DNA of 64,000 nt from Alphaproteobacteria bacterium (GCA_045106055.1 JBGCED010000025.1:1835-65834), one strand, 5' to 3'; positions 47,795 through 57,856 are shown, numbered from the stretch's first letter. The notes: a model not told the origin generated them from the letters alone. Numbers and translations: made by a program.

Positions 47795-48754
47795 ATGAAT
47801 GATCTGCTTAAAATTCTTTCAAAATCTTTAAAGCCCTTTGGCTATCATATTGCCAGACATTCCGCCCCTGCTTTATTAAAAATTAAAAATATTGAAGCTG
47901 GGCAAGATGGCGAGCAATCGATCCTGTTTCCGCGTCACTATTTTGATGGATGCGTCTTTGACCCGCCCAGCGCGCTTGATCTTAATCATTTGAAAATTTA
48001 TTTGCGCAGCTGCATGCGCGATCACCGCAATGTGAATAAGAAAATGCGCGTTAGCGGAGATAGCGAAAATGACACGCTGCTTGCTTGTATTGCATCCTTG
48101 GTTGCTGCCGTGAATTATCTTGATCAGCAAAATCCCGCATTATCAATCGATGTGATATGTCTTGATGATCGTTCGGATGCAGGCAATCTGGCGCGCATTG
48201 ACCATATATTATCAGGGCTGAATTGCCCATGGCACATTAAGCAAACGGCGATCAGCGGGCAAGGAAAATCCCTGCATGAGCAATTTTCGCTGGCGCGCCA
48301 AGAAAAAGGGCTGTGTTATTTCATTGAAGATGATTATTTGCATGAAGTGCAGGGGATTGACAGATTATACCAATTTTACTTGAAAATCATAAATGATTTC
48401 AATGCCCATTGTGTGCTTTATACGCAAGAAAGCGATAATATTTACCATGAAGCCTATCCCTCTTATTTGTTAAAGGGGCAAGATTGCAGATGGCGCACCG
48501 TTCGCCACGCAACCCATAGTTTTTTTATCCATAGCCATTATGTCGATCATTTTTGGAAATATTTTGAAAATACAAAATATGTCGGCGTGAAGTCAAAACG
48601 GCGTGCAGGATCAGAGCGCAACACCACCAATAAATTATTCTTGCATATGCCAGGCTTCGTCCCCTTGACCCCCGCAGCCGTTCATTTGCAATTTCAAGAA
48701 ACATTGCCCCCGTTTTATGATTGGCAAGTGCTTTACAAGCTCTATCAGCAATAA
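47795..48754 (+). CDS. GT2-like glycosyltransferase with an N-terminal roughly 80-aa extension
   Basis: GT-A signature segments …LSIDVICLDDRSDAGN… (DDxSxD-like) and …CYFIEDDYL… (DxD). Confidence 0.5.
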   Translation: MNDLLKILSKSLKPFGYHIARHSAPALLKIKNIEAGQDGEQSILFPRHYFDGCVFDPPSALDLNHLKIYLRSCMRDHRNVNKKMRVSGDSENDTLLACIASLVAAVNYLDQQNPALSIDVICLDDRSDAGNLARIDHILSGLNCPWHIKQTAISGQGKSLHEQFSLARQEKGLCYFIEDDYLHEVQGIDRLYQFYLKIINDFNAHCVLYTQESDNIYHEAYPSYLLKGQDCRWRTVRHATHSFFIHSHYVDHFWKYFENTKYVGVKSKRRAGSERNTTNKLFLHMPGFVPLTPAAVHLQFQETLPPFYDWQVLYKLYQQ

Positions 48755-48756
48755 AG

Positions 48757-49113
48757 TTAGCTGCCCCGATAGGTGGAATATGAAAAGGGAGAGACCAATA
48801 ATGGCACATGATAATGCTGATTGGGATCATTGACACCAAAGAAAATCGGGATTTGATCCAGAAAATTGGGTTCAGGCAAATCCCAGCCCAGCGCTTTAAA
48901 ATAAGGTCCAACCGCAAATACAAGCTGATATTGACCAATTTCAAGGGGCTGCCCGTCAATTAAGGGGGCATCGGTGCGGCCATCTTGATTGGTAACCCCG
49001 CTTGAAATTAAAGTTGGGGCAGCGCCTTCAGCGACCTTATATAATGCATAATTCACCCCCGCAGCAGGGCGCCCGCCCGCCGTATCAAGCACATGTGTTG
49101 TTAATTTTCCCAT
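48757..49113 (-). CDS. 5-hydroxyisourate hydrolase (transthyretin-like)
   Basis: N-terminal THVLDTAGGRPAAGV and the C-terminal YRGS tetrapeptide diagnostic of HIUase; 118 aa. Confidence 0.85.
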   Translation of the reverse strand: MGKLTTHVLDTAGGRPAAGVNYALYKVAEGAAPTLISSGVTNQDGRTDAPLIDGQPLEIGQYQLVFAVGPYFKALGWDLPEPNFLDQIPIFFGVNDPNQHYHVPLLVSPFSYSTYRGS

Positions 49114-49289
49114 TCATTTCCCCATCTTTATGCTGTTTATCGTGGATTGTTTTTTATCATTATAGAACATAATTCAAAAAGTTAAACCCGTATCAGCAAA
49201 AAAACCCCAGCTTCGTTGATAAGAAAATTGAGCTTAGAAAATAAGCATTGAAAATTTTATCATTAAACCGCCTGTAAGGAGCAAAGCCC

Positions 49290-49916
49290 ATGAAACACAG
49301 CATGAAAAACAACATGAAAAACAGTATCACTTTAACCCATTCCCCCAAAACAGCTATTTCCCCCAAAACAGGTCAGGCCTTGAAAGCAATGATGCTTGCG
49401 GGGATTATGATTGGCAGCACCGCCTGCATGACTTTTGATGGCGGCAGCACCGCAGAAGGCATTGGATACCGCCAAGCGCGCTTTGCAGAAATGTCTGCGA
49501 TGAATGAATTTCGGGCATGCAAAGCAGATGGGCTTGCACTTGATGAGCAAGCAAGGCTGGATGCTTCTGGTGCAAAATATCTTGCCAGTGCTAAGATTCT
49601 TGAACAATGCGAAGCCAGTGTTGGCAGCGTTGATCAAACCATCGGCAGTGATGAACGGATGCGGGTCTATGCCTTATCCATTCAAAATTATGTAAAAGGC
49701 GGCGATATTGCAAAGGCAGCGGATAGTTTAAATCAATTCCAATCTGCTTTTCCAAATAAGGATTTATATTATGCGGATGGATCGTCTTTTATTGAAACAA
49801 TGCTGGTGATCACCCATCAAAAAGAGGATGCAAATTTCTCGGTCGCTTCAACCTTAAATGTGCCGCGCGCTTTGAAAATTGAAAAAAACCGCATTGCGCA
49901 TTGGGAAATTCATTAA
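49290..49916 (+). CDS. hypothetical exported protein, possibly a lipoprotein
   Basis: Hydrophobic …MMLAGIMIGSTAC… signal-like segment followed by a hydrophilic domain; no family recognised. Confidence 0.45.
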   Translation: MKHSMKNNMKNSITLTHSPKTAISPKTGQALKAMMLAGIMIGSTACMTFDGGSTAEGIGYRQARFAEMSAMNEFRACKADGLALDEQARLDASGAKYLASAKILEQCEASVGSVDQTIGSDERMRVYALSIQNYVKGGDIAKAADSLNQFQSAFPNKDLYYADGSSFIETMLVITHQKEDANFSVASTLNVPRALKIEKNRIAHWEIH

Positions 49917-49943
49917 TTTTTTCAAACATCATATCATTCTTGA

Positions 49944-50846
49944 TTGAGAGGAGTAATTATCATGTTAAAGAAAACGCTAATCGCGGGCGGTTTTGCCCTT
50001 TTTCTATCGGCAGCAAGCGCGCCCAGCTTTGCAAATAATACCGCAGGATCACAAGCAATATGGCAGCCAAGCGCAAGCGAGATGCTGGTGAAAATGCCAA
50101 CAGCCAGCATGCAAAAAAAGATTGAACGGGACTTTAGAAGTTCCCCGCTTGCAAGTGCGCTTCAGCAAAGCAATGTTGATTTGGGCTTAAAGCAGCAAAC
50201 GCTGGAAAGTTTAAATCAAACCCTGACCCAAACCCAAGGCGAGATGAATGTTGAGGTGCGCCATCAAATTTTAAGCCAAAAACGCGATTATTTAACCATG
50301 GTTGGCGGGCGCAACACGATGCGCAAACAAGCAGCAGAAACCAGAATCACCCTATATCGCGATTTACTGGAGAAAATGCAGATTGAAAAGCGCGGATTAA
50401 CGCCCGAAAAACAAGCCTTGATTGCCAAGCAAGAAGCAGCGCGCGCCCGCGCACAGCAAAATTATGATCTGGTTGAAACGGCTATCTTTAGCGATGGACC
50501 AGGCAAAAACAGCAAATATAATCAGGATTATAATAAAAATCAGGCTTTGATTGAACAGCTGATCGCCAAAGTCGGTCAGCATAAGGCAAATCAAAGCGCG
50601 ATGCTTGACGGCGAAGCTTTGTCAAAACAGGATTATTTAAGACAATTAATCGCAGATACCGAAGCCGATATTGCGCTTGTTGATCAGGAAAACCAAATTT
50701 TGGGGCTAATGTCAAAATTGGTTGCTTTGGATGCGATGGCATTATCCGAAGAAGTTGCAGATGCCCAAGATATGGAAGCAGGCATTGACCCAGAAGCAGC
50801 AAAAAACCCGCTGCATAATGTCGCCAATCTGTTCATTGGGGGATGA
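49944..50846 (+). CDS. hypothetical secreted Gln/Ala-rich coiled-coil protein
   Basis: Signal peptide MLKKTLIAGGFALFLSAASAPSFA (probable start at 49962), then Q-rich heptad-like sequence. Confidence 0.45.
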   Translation: MRGVIIMLKKTLIAGGFALFLSAASAPSFANNTAGSQAIWQPSASEMLVKMPTASMQKKIERDFRSSPLASALQQSNVDLGLKQQTLESLNQTLTQTQGEMNVEVRHQILSQKRDYLTMVGGRNTMRKQAAETRITLYRDLLEKMQIEKRGLTPEKQALIAKQEAARARAQQNYDLVETAIFSDGPGKNSKYNQDYNKNQALIEQLIAKVGQHKANQSAMLDGEALSKQDYLRQLIADTEADIALVDQENQILGLMSKLVALDAMALSEEVADAQDMEAGIDPEAAKNPLHNVANLFIGG

Positions 50847-50968
50847 TGAAACAGCAAAGCGGGATATAAGCATTTATCCAAGCCGAATCGGATGTTATTC
50901 TGTGAAGAGAGAAAAGACTAAAAAACAAATTTCATTATTAACCTTATGATCAATGTGAGTTTTCGGCC

Positions 50969-51370
50969 ATGATTACGCCAAAAAGTTCGCCAGCAAAGCT
51001 GCAATCCACATCTTCTAATCTACAGAATTTGTTGAATGATCTTAGCAAAATCTCAACTTCGGATTCAAAAGGAAACTCGAAGCAGGCGGAATTGACGCGT
51101 GATCCTGTTGGGCGCGATGATCCAAGAAATATTGATGAAGGAAATATGAATGCTGGCGGGGCGATGGCGCATCACTTGGAGTCGCGCATTGACCCTAATC
51201 AGGAATATATTCGCCCATCCTTTTCAAGATTTTTTGGCCGCAATGCCCCTGATCCTTTTAATCTTGCCTATGCCCTAGAGCGATTAAGCGGATTATTGCG
51301 CCAAGATGGCAATAATGGCCCGCGCCAAAATGTGCCAGCCAAAGGCTTTTATTTGAATGTTGTTTTGTGA
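50969..51370 (+). CDS. hypothetical hydrophilic protein (candidate partner of the downstream Panacea-like gene); an alternative start at the internal MNAGG with an AAGGA Shine-Dalgarno would give about 74 aa
   Basis: The ORF ends 27 nt before the next gene, and a GGGTGGGG Shine-Dalgarno for the downstream gene sits within that gap. No family recognised. Confidence 0.35.
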   Translation: MITPKSSPAKLQSTSSNLQNLLNDLSKISTSDSKGNSKQAELTRDPVGRDDPRNIDEGNMNAGGAMAHHLESRIDPNQEYIRPSFSRFFGRNAPDPFNLAYALERLSGLLRQDGNNGPRQNVPAKGFYLNVVL

Positions 51371-51397
51371 TTCTTAAAAGCGGGTGGGGTTTAAAAA

Positions 51398-51907
51398 ATG
51401 CGGCCAGCGGTTGATAATACATTGATGATTGCCTTGTGGCTTGAAGATCGCGCACGGGAAGATCAGGTGCGGTTAAGCCCGCAGCATCTTCATCAATTAT
51501 TATATTTGCTGCAAACGATCTATGCGCTGGATTTTAAGGGTCAAATGCTGATGCCAGCCCAGTTTGTTGCCTTTAAAGACGGGGTGCGCGAACCAACCCT
51601 TTATGCCGTGATGAGCGAATTGAATTTTTTTGATGATCCGCTGCCATTGCCAGCGCAGATATTGCAATTTTTGGAACAGTTTTGGGCAAAATTTAACGAA
51701 AAATCCGAAGCGATGCTGATCAAAGAAATTAAGAAACACCCCCCCTATGATCAGGCAATATCCAAAGGCACAGGCGCGTTAATTGCTTTTGAAGAAATTG
51801 CAGAACATGCCCGCCAGCATAAAATATCAACCCATGTTAAGGTTGCAGATGGTCGCAAATTGCCGCGCTGGACACCTGAACGCCATCTTGCTGCCGCAAA
51901 ATCCTAA
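51398..51907 (+). CDS. DUF4065/Panacea-domain-like protein (SocA/GepA family, putative antitoxin)
   Basis: N-terminal …NTLMIALWLEDRAREDQVRLSPQHLHQLLYLLQTIYALDFKGQMLMPAQFVAFKDGVREPTLYAVMSEL… follows the Panacea pattern (…A.yfL…lt.LKLqKLLYyaQ…L…g.pLf…feAW.hGPV.p.vY…). Confidence 0.45.
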   Translation: MRPAVDNTLMIALWLEDRAREDQVRLSPQHLHQLLYLLQTIYALDFKGQMLMPAQFVAFKDGVREPTLYAVMSELNFFDDPLPLPAQILQFLEQFWAKFNEKSEAMLIKEIKKHPPYDQAISKGTGALIAFEEIAEHARQHKISTHVKVADGRKLPRWTPERHLAAAKS

Positions 51908-52066
51908 AGTTTATATTATATCTATAATCATAGATATGGAGCATTCCCGCCTTAGATTGTATATTCGGTTGACAAGCAATCAATTTTGTATTTATGATAG
52001 AGTTTAGCTTATTTTTTGTATGGAAGCATCAAACAACATCATTGTAAAAAAAACGGGAGAGAATTT

Positions 52067-53086
52067 ATGAAAAAACTATTGATAGCGGCAGCAATTGCGA
52101 TTGTTAGCACATCTGGATCAGCGCTTGCTGATGGTCACAATATAAGCGCTTGCTTGATTACCAAGACGGATACCAATCCCTTTTTTGTAAAAATGCGTGA
52201 AGGTGCGGCTGCCAAAGCAGAAGAGCTTGGCATCACTTTAAAAAGCTATGCAGGGAAGATCGATGGCGATAATGAAAGCCAAGTCGCGGCGATTGAAACA
52301 TGTATTGCAGATGGTGCATCTGGTATTTTATTAACCCCATCAGATACGGCGGGGATCGTGCCATCGGTTGAACAGGCAAAAGATGCAGGGCTGTTGGTCA
52401 TTGCACTTGATACACCGCTTGATCCAATTGAAGCCGCGCATGCAACCTTTGCAACAGATAATTTTCTGGCGGGCGAATTGATTGGGCAATATGCTGCTGC
52501 TGCGCTTGGTTCGCAGGCTGCAAACGCGAAAATTGCTATGCTTGATCTGGCGATTAATCAGCCAACCGTTGGGGTTCTGCGCGATCAAGGCTTTTTACAG
52601 GGATTTGGCATTGATCTTGGCGATCCCAACAGATGGGGCGATGAAACAGATGCTAGGATCATCTGTAATGAAGTCACCGCTGGCAATGAAGAAGGCGGGC
52701 GCACAGCCATGGAAAATTGCTTGGCGCAAGACCCAATGATTAATGTGGTTTACACCATCAATGAACCTGCAGCAGCAGGTGCTTATGAAGCGCTTCGGGC
52801 AGTTGGGCGTGAAAATGATGTTATGGTTCTGTCGGTTGACGGCGGATGCCCTGGCGTTCGAAATATAGCAGATGGCGTGATTGCAGCAACTTCACAGCAA
52901 TATCCCTTATTGATGGCATCGCTTGGCATTGAAGCGATTGTGAATTTCGCAAAAACGGGAACGCTTCCGACCAATACGCCAGGCAAAAATTTCTTTGATA
53001 CAGGTGTATCTTTGGTTGCTGCGAACCCTGTTGACAATGTTGATAGCATCGATGTTGCAACAGGCATAGATATGTGCTGGGGGTAA
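52067..53086 (+). CDS. sugar ABC transporter periplasmic binding protein (PBP type I, FrcB/RbsB-like)
   Basis: Signal peptide [21 protein letters not shown], then a type-I periplasmic binding fold. The track ORF starts at 52016, but the signal peptide begins at 52067. Confidence 0.78.
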   Translation: MKKLLIAAAIAIVSTSGSALADGHNISACLITKTDTNPFFVKMREGAAAKAEELGITLKSYAGKIDGDNESQVAAIETCIADGASGILLTPSDTAGIVPSVEQAKDAGLLVIALDTPLDPIEAAHATFATDNFLAGELIGQYAAAALGSQAANAKIAMLDLAINQPTVGVLRDQGFLQGFGIDLGDPNRWGDETDARIICNEVTAGNEEGGRTAMENCLAQDPMINVVYTINEPAAAGAYEALRAVGRENDVMVLSVDGGCPGVRNIADGVIAATSQQYPLLMASLGIEAIVNFAKTGTLPTNTPGKNFFDTGVSLVAANPVDNVDSIDVATGIDMCWG

Positions 53087-53121
53087 TTTTTTTTAAAAGA
53101 CTTAGCAATGGTTTCTAAGAC

Positions 53122-53150
53122 GGTGGAAGCGATAAATATTCGCTTCCACC
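53122..53150 (+). promoter_or_regulatory. intercistronic stem-loop (10-bp perfect stem ggtggaagcg/cgcttccacc, 9-nt loop) between the binding-protein and permease genes
   Basis: Seen directly in the sequence. Confidence 0.5.
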
Positions 53151-53217
53151 CCATATCATTAACCAATGATATAAAAATCATTAGGCGGCAATAGGGGCAA
53201 TTAGGGAAGGGGTTTAA

Positions 53218-54312
53218 ATGTCATCACCGCAAGATTCATCATCGCAAGATTTTGAAAAGGCAGCATCTGGCGCATCCGATGACATTGCTGATTTTAAAAA
53301 ACATCACAATCTTTATCATCGGGGATTTGTTGGTCGGTTGCAACATGCCTTGCATGCAACCCCTGCTTTGATTCCGCTTATTGTTTTAATCTTTGCGATT
53401 GCGTTGTTTGGCATTTTGTTGGGTTCAAAATTTTTCTCACCCTTTGCTTTAACGCTGATTTTGCAACAGGTACAGATCGTTGGCGTGCTGGCTGCTGCGC
53501 AAACTTTGATTATTCTAACTGCGGGCATTGATCTTTCGGTTGGTGCAATCGCCGTATTTTGTATGGTCGTGATGGGGCAGTTTAGCTTTCGTTATGGCAT
53601 TCCAGCGCCGATTTCCGTTGCTTTGGGGCTGGCGGTTGGCACGGGACTTGGCGCAATCAGTGGCTGGTTGGTCAGCCGTGTTAAGCTTCCCCCATTCATT
53701 GTGACCTTGGGGATGTGGCAAATCGTGTTGGCTGCAAATTATTTATATTCTGCGAATGAAACATTGCGCAGTCAGGATATTGCAGAAAAGGCAGCATTTC
53801 TTCAATTCTTGGGAAGAAAAATAACATTTGGCGGTGCAACTTTCACATTTGGCGTCATTTTGATGGTTGTCTTGGTCTTCATTCTTGCTTATGTGCTTCG
53901 CTCGACGGGGTGGGGGCGTCATGTATATGCGGTGGGGGATGATCCCGAAGCGGCTGAACTTGCAGGGGTGAATGTGCATAGAACCCTGATGTCTGTATAT
54001 ATGCTGGCTGGCTGCATTTGCGGGTTGGCTGCTTGGGTGATGATTGGGCGCTTTGGTTCTGTTTCCCCTTCTGCATCAACCGGTGTTATTGGTAATATTC
54101 AGGCAATCACCGCCGTGGTGATTGGGGGGATTTCGCTTTTTGGGGGGCGCGGATCAATCGTTGGTGCGTTCTTTGGGGCGCTTATCGTGGGGGTGTTCGA
54201 GCTTGGCTTGCGTATGGCTGGGGCTGACCCGCAATGGACTTTTATGTTAATTGGCATGTTGATTATTGGGGCGGTCACCGTTGATCAATGGATTAGAAAG
54301 GTGACGGGATGA
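53218..54312 (+). CDS. sugar ABC transporter permease (RbsC/FrcC-like)
   Basis: A 364-aa polytopic protein with a C-terminal …GGISLFGGRGSIVGA… motif of the CUT2 permeases. Confidence 0.82.
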   Translation: MSSPQDSSSQDFEKAASGASDDIADFKKHHNLYHRGFVGRLQHALHATPALIPLIVLIFAIALFGILLGSKFFSPFALTLILQQVQIVGVLAAAQTLIILTAGIDLSVGAIAVFCMVVMGQFSFRYGIPAPISVALGLAVGTGLGAISGWLVSRVKLPPFIVTLGMWQIVLAANYLYSANETLRSQDIAEKAAFLQFLGRKITFGGATFTFGVILMVVLVFILAYVLRSTGWGRHVYAVGDDPEAAELAGVNVHRTLMSVYMLAGCICGLAAWVMIGRFGSVSPSASTGVIGNIQAITAVVIGGISLFGGRGSIVGAFFGALIVGVFELGLRMAGADPQWTFMLIGMLIIGAVTVDQWIRKVTG

Positions 54313-55079
54313 TGGTTGAACCCATTCTTTCAGCAGCAGGTCTGGTCAAGCATTATGGTCGCGTCACGGCGCTTGATCATTGTGATTTTGAATTGATGCC
54401 CAATGAAATTTTGGGGGTGATTGGTGACAATGGTGCAGGAAAATCGACTTTAATTAAAGCCCTTTGTGGCGCAGTCATTCCTGATGGCGGTCAGGTTTAT
54501 TTTGATGGCCAGCGGGTATCTTTTCAATCTCCGATTGACGCGCGCAAACATGGCATTGAAACGGTTTATCAAACCCTTGCGATGAGTCCTGCGCTTTCCA
54601 TTGCGGATAATATGTTTATGGGGCGCGAATTACGCAAAAGCGGGATCATGGGATCGGTATTTAGGCAACTTGATAAAAAACGGATGCAAGCATTTGCGCG
54701 TGAAAAGCTTTCTGAATTGGGATTGGCAACCATTCAAAACATTAATCAAGCAGTTGAAACGCTTTCAGGGGGGCAGCGACAAGGGGTTGCGGTGGCACGC
54801 GCGGCTGCATTTGGATCAAAAGTGATCATCTTGGACGAGCCTACGGCGGCGCTGGGCGTTAAGGAAAGCCGCCGTGTTTTGGATTTAATCCAAGATGTGA
54901 AATTACGCGGCATTCCGATCATCTTGATCAGTCACAATATGCCCCATGTTTTCGAGATATGTGATCGTGTCCATATTCATCGTCTGGGCAAGCGACTAAT
55001 GGTTATCAACCCCAAAGAACATACAATGTCCGATGCCGTTGCCTATATGACGGGCGCAAAATCCCCAAATGAAAAATAA
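54309..55079 (+). CDS. sugar ABC transporter ATPase, single NBD (FrcA-like)
   Basis: Walker A GDNGAGKST, signature LSGGQRQGV, Walker B ILDEP; 256 aa. Confidence 0.88.
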   Translation: MMVEPILSAAGLVKHYGRVTALDHCDFELMPNEILGVIGDNGAGKSTLIKALCGAVIPDGGQVYFDGQRVSFQSPIDARKHGIETVYQTLAMSPALSIADNMFMGRELRKSGIMGSVFRQLDKKRMQAFAREKLSELGLATIQNINQAVETLSGGQRQGVAVARAAAFGSKVIILDEPTAALGVKESRRVLDLIQDVKLRGIPIILISHNMPHVFEICDRVHIHRLGKRLMVINPKEHTMSDAVAYMTGAKSPNEK

Positions 55080-55127
55080 AATAGATTAAAAAATTACCAA
55101 TATGCACCAATATGCAATTGAAATTCA

Positions 55128-55955
55128 TCAAGATTTAAGAGGGTTAGTATAAAAAGATATGGGGTCATTGATCCTTAGGGTGATGGGATTTAAATCACCC
55201 ATTTTGGCATCATCCGTTTTTGAAAGCGGGGTGATGAAAACACCGCACGCAATATGACCAAAACCACGGCGCAGGGCAAGCGGGATATTCATATCGCACT
55301 CACCAAGATTTTTTCCTGGCTGCGGATTAACATTTACCGCCGCGCAGCGTTCAATCACAGCCCCAATTTTAAAATCAACATTGCCAATTTTAAGCATTTT
55401 GCCCGTCATTTCCAATTCTTGCCATGGCTTCATGCCAGAAATATACAAATTGCCGCGAAATCTGATGGGATCAATCGGGGCGCGAACTAGCCGCTGTTCC
55501 AAATCCTTAACCGAATCAAGATTAATCAGCGATAGGCGTTCATCTTGGCGGTCATAAAAATGATCTTGCGGGGTTTTTGCTTGAATGATGCTTGGGTTGC
55601 TGCGACTGCCAGAACCCAGAAAGCTGGTTAGGAAATTTTGCAGCAGCATTCGCCCCATCGGATCATTTAATTTTCCTTGGCATAATTTACGCCCTTTGCG
55701 TAAAATTGTCAGATTTTGGCTGGCTTCGTCAAATTCTGTTTGCAGCTGGATTAATTTTGGATCGGTTGACAGATTTAAAAAATGCTGTTTGGTCGCCCAT
55801 GGCGCAGCTTCGCCCTTGATCGGGCTTGCAATATGGGCAAGCGCCCATTGCCGATCACATGGAATGCCGCCATCCGCGTTTAAGGTTATTTCGCTAAGCG
55901 CTTCGCCCATTAACCCTTTTACGGGATAGCGATAAATCTGTTCAAGCGTTATCAT
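55128..55955 (-). CDS. MOSC-domain protein (YcbX-like, without ferredoxin domain)
   Basis: N-terminal MOSC_N beta-barrel motif IYRYPVKG and a C-terminal MOSC domain with a conserved Cys. Confidence 0.75.
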   Translation of the reverse strand: MITLEQIYRYPVKGLMGEALSEITLNADGGIPCDRQWALAHIASPIKGEAAPWATKQHFLNLSTDPKLIQLQTEFDEASQNLTILRKGRKLCQGKLNDPMGRMLLQNFLTSFLGSGSRSNPSIIQAKTPQDHFYDRQDERLSLINLDSVKDLEQRLVRAPIDPIRFRGNLYISGMKPWQELEMTGKMLKIGNVDFKIGAVIERCAAVNVNPQPGKNLGECDMNIPLALRRGFGHIACGVFITPLSKTDDAKMGDLNPITLRINDPISFYTNPLKS

Positions 55956-55969
55956 TGGTTCTTAACATC

Positions 55970-57856
55970 TTATAGCTTTGTGATTGGGGTGCAGGCAGTT
56001 AACAGCCAATTATAATCTTTTATATCAAGCTGATCCTTGTAAAGATCAAGAATGCTTTGGTGATAGCGATTAACCCATGCGCATTCTTCGCTTGATAATA
56101 AGGCTGGATCAATCAGCTTCAAATCATAAGGTGCTTTTGTTAGCTGGATAAATTGCAACATATCCGAATTTGGAACAGGGACAACCATGATTAAATTTTC
56201 AATTCTGATCCCATAATGCCCTTTTCTATATAGGCCAGGTTCATTTGAAACCACCATGCCGCTTTGCAGATGCACTTCATTCGGGCGGGCAGCGGAAATT
56301 CCTTGCGGCCCTTCATGCACATTTAAATAGCTGCCAACGCCGTGCCCAGTGCCGTGGGCATAATCATTGCCGCTGTTCCAGATTGCGCTGCGGGCTAGAA
56401 TGTCAAGCTGGCTTCCCTTGGTTGTGTTGGGAAATTTCTGGCGCGCAATCGCGATATGCCCTTTTAATACCAAAGTATAATCTGTGATCATCGCATTGCT
56501 GGGTGTGCCAATCGCGATGGTGCGGGTAACATCGGTCGTGCCGTCCAAATATTGACCACCAGAATCAAGCAGCAATAATTCACCATCTTGAAGGGTGCGG
56601 TTGCTGTTTTGATTTGCACGATAATGCACAATCGCACCATGCGCGCCAGAACCTGCAATGGTGTCAAAGCTGTTTCCTTGAAATAAGGGCTGTTTTTGCC
56701 TTAATTGATATAGAAAATCGGTCAATTCCAATTCATCAGGCAAATTATTTGCTAGGCTGCGCTCTTTAAGCCAGTGCATGAATTGAATAAGCGCCATGCC
56801 ATCATGCTTATGGGCATTGATCATGCCCTGCTGTTCTTTTTCATGCTTTGTTGCGCGCGGCACAAGGATCAAATCATCGCCATAAAGGATATCTGTTTGT
56901 TTATGCGCGGATAATGCTTGGGAAATTGCATCAGAAGCCGTGGTCGGGTCAAGGAATATTCGAATTTTCTTAGATGTTTCTGGCGCGCCAAATAAGGCAT
57001 CTAGCTGTGCTTGAAATTGATCAATATCCATGATTGAAACGCATTCAGGCAGCAAGCTTTGATCAAATCCAGTTAATTTTTCAGGCGCAATGAACCAGCA
57101 AAGCGCGCCCGTAGCCGACAGAATTCCGCGCGATAAGGCAAGCGGGCAGTTTGGCACATCATCGCCGCGAATATTAAGCAGCCATGCAAGCTGGTCTGGC
57201 GCATTGATGATCGTATAATCCGCATTTTTCTTGCCCAGCAGCAAAGTGATTTGCGTTATTTTTTCATCTGCGCTGCGCCCTGCATAGCGCAAGGGCTGTG
57301 ATTTTACGCGCCCAAGCGGCGGGGCAGGGCGGTTTTCCTGCCAAATATGATCAATCGGATTGCTTGTTAAGGGGGTAAGCTTGCCGCCCGCCTTTTCAAT
57401 TAAGTCCTTTAATTTTCGCGCAGTTCCAATGCTAAACAGCCATGGATCATAGCCAATGACGGCTTTGGGGGAGAATTTTTTACGGATAAAATCTTCAATT
57501 GCTTCGGGTTTCCACGGCGCGCTTTCCATGATGGCAGGGTCAATTTCAGCCTCTGCTTGAATGTCATAACGCCCATCCACAAACAGGCAGCTTTTTGTAA
57601 GCCCAATGATGGCAAGCCCCGCAGAACCCGTAAAGCCTGTTATAAATTCCAAACGCTCGCTATGGGCAGGGACATATTCGCCCAGAAATTCATCCGAACG
57701 CGATAGGATAAATCCATCAATTTGCTGCTGTTTTAAGTGTTCGCGCAGGGCATTGATGGCATTAAAAGATAAAGACTGATTGGACGCATTTGCTTGATCC
57801 TGCATGATCAGCGCATCCGTTTTTTGGTTTTGGCTTCCCAATAATTGCCAAGCCAT
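55970..57856 (-). CDS. M24B Xaa-Pro aminopeptidase, three-domain form
   Basis: HGTGHGVGSYLNVHEGP and …SNEPG.Y… pita-bread motifs; 628 aa. Confidence 0.82.
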   Translation of the reverse strand: MAWQLLGSQNQKTDALIMQDQANASNQSLSFNAINALREHLKQQQIDGFILSRSDEFLGEYVPAHSERLEFITGFTGSAGLAIIGLTKSCLFVDGRYDIQAEAEIDPAIMESAPWKPEAIEDFIRKKFSPKAVIGYDPWLFSIGTARKLKDLIEKAGGKLTPLTSNPIDHIWQENRPAPPLGRVKSQPLRYAGRSADEKITQITLLLGKKNADYTIINAPDQLAWLLNIRGDDVPNCPLALSRGILSATGALCWFIAPEKLTGFDQSLLPECVSIMDIDQFQAQLDALFGAPETSKKIRIFLDPTTASDAISQALSAHKQTDILYGDDLILVPRATKHEKEQQGMINAHKHDGMALIQFMHWLKERSLANNLPDELELTDFLYQLRQKQPLFQGNSFDTIAGSGAHGAIVHYRANQNSNRTLQDGELLLLDSGGQYLDGTTDVTRTIAIGTPSNAMITDYTLVLKGHIAIARQKFPNTTKGSQLDILARSAIWNSGNDYAHGTGHGVGSYLNVHEGPQGISAARPNEVHLQSGMVVSNEPGLYRKGHYGIRIENLIMVVPVPNSDMLQFIQLTKAPYDLKLIDPALLSSEECAWVNRYHQSILDLYKDQLDIKDYNWLLTACTPITKL

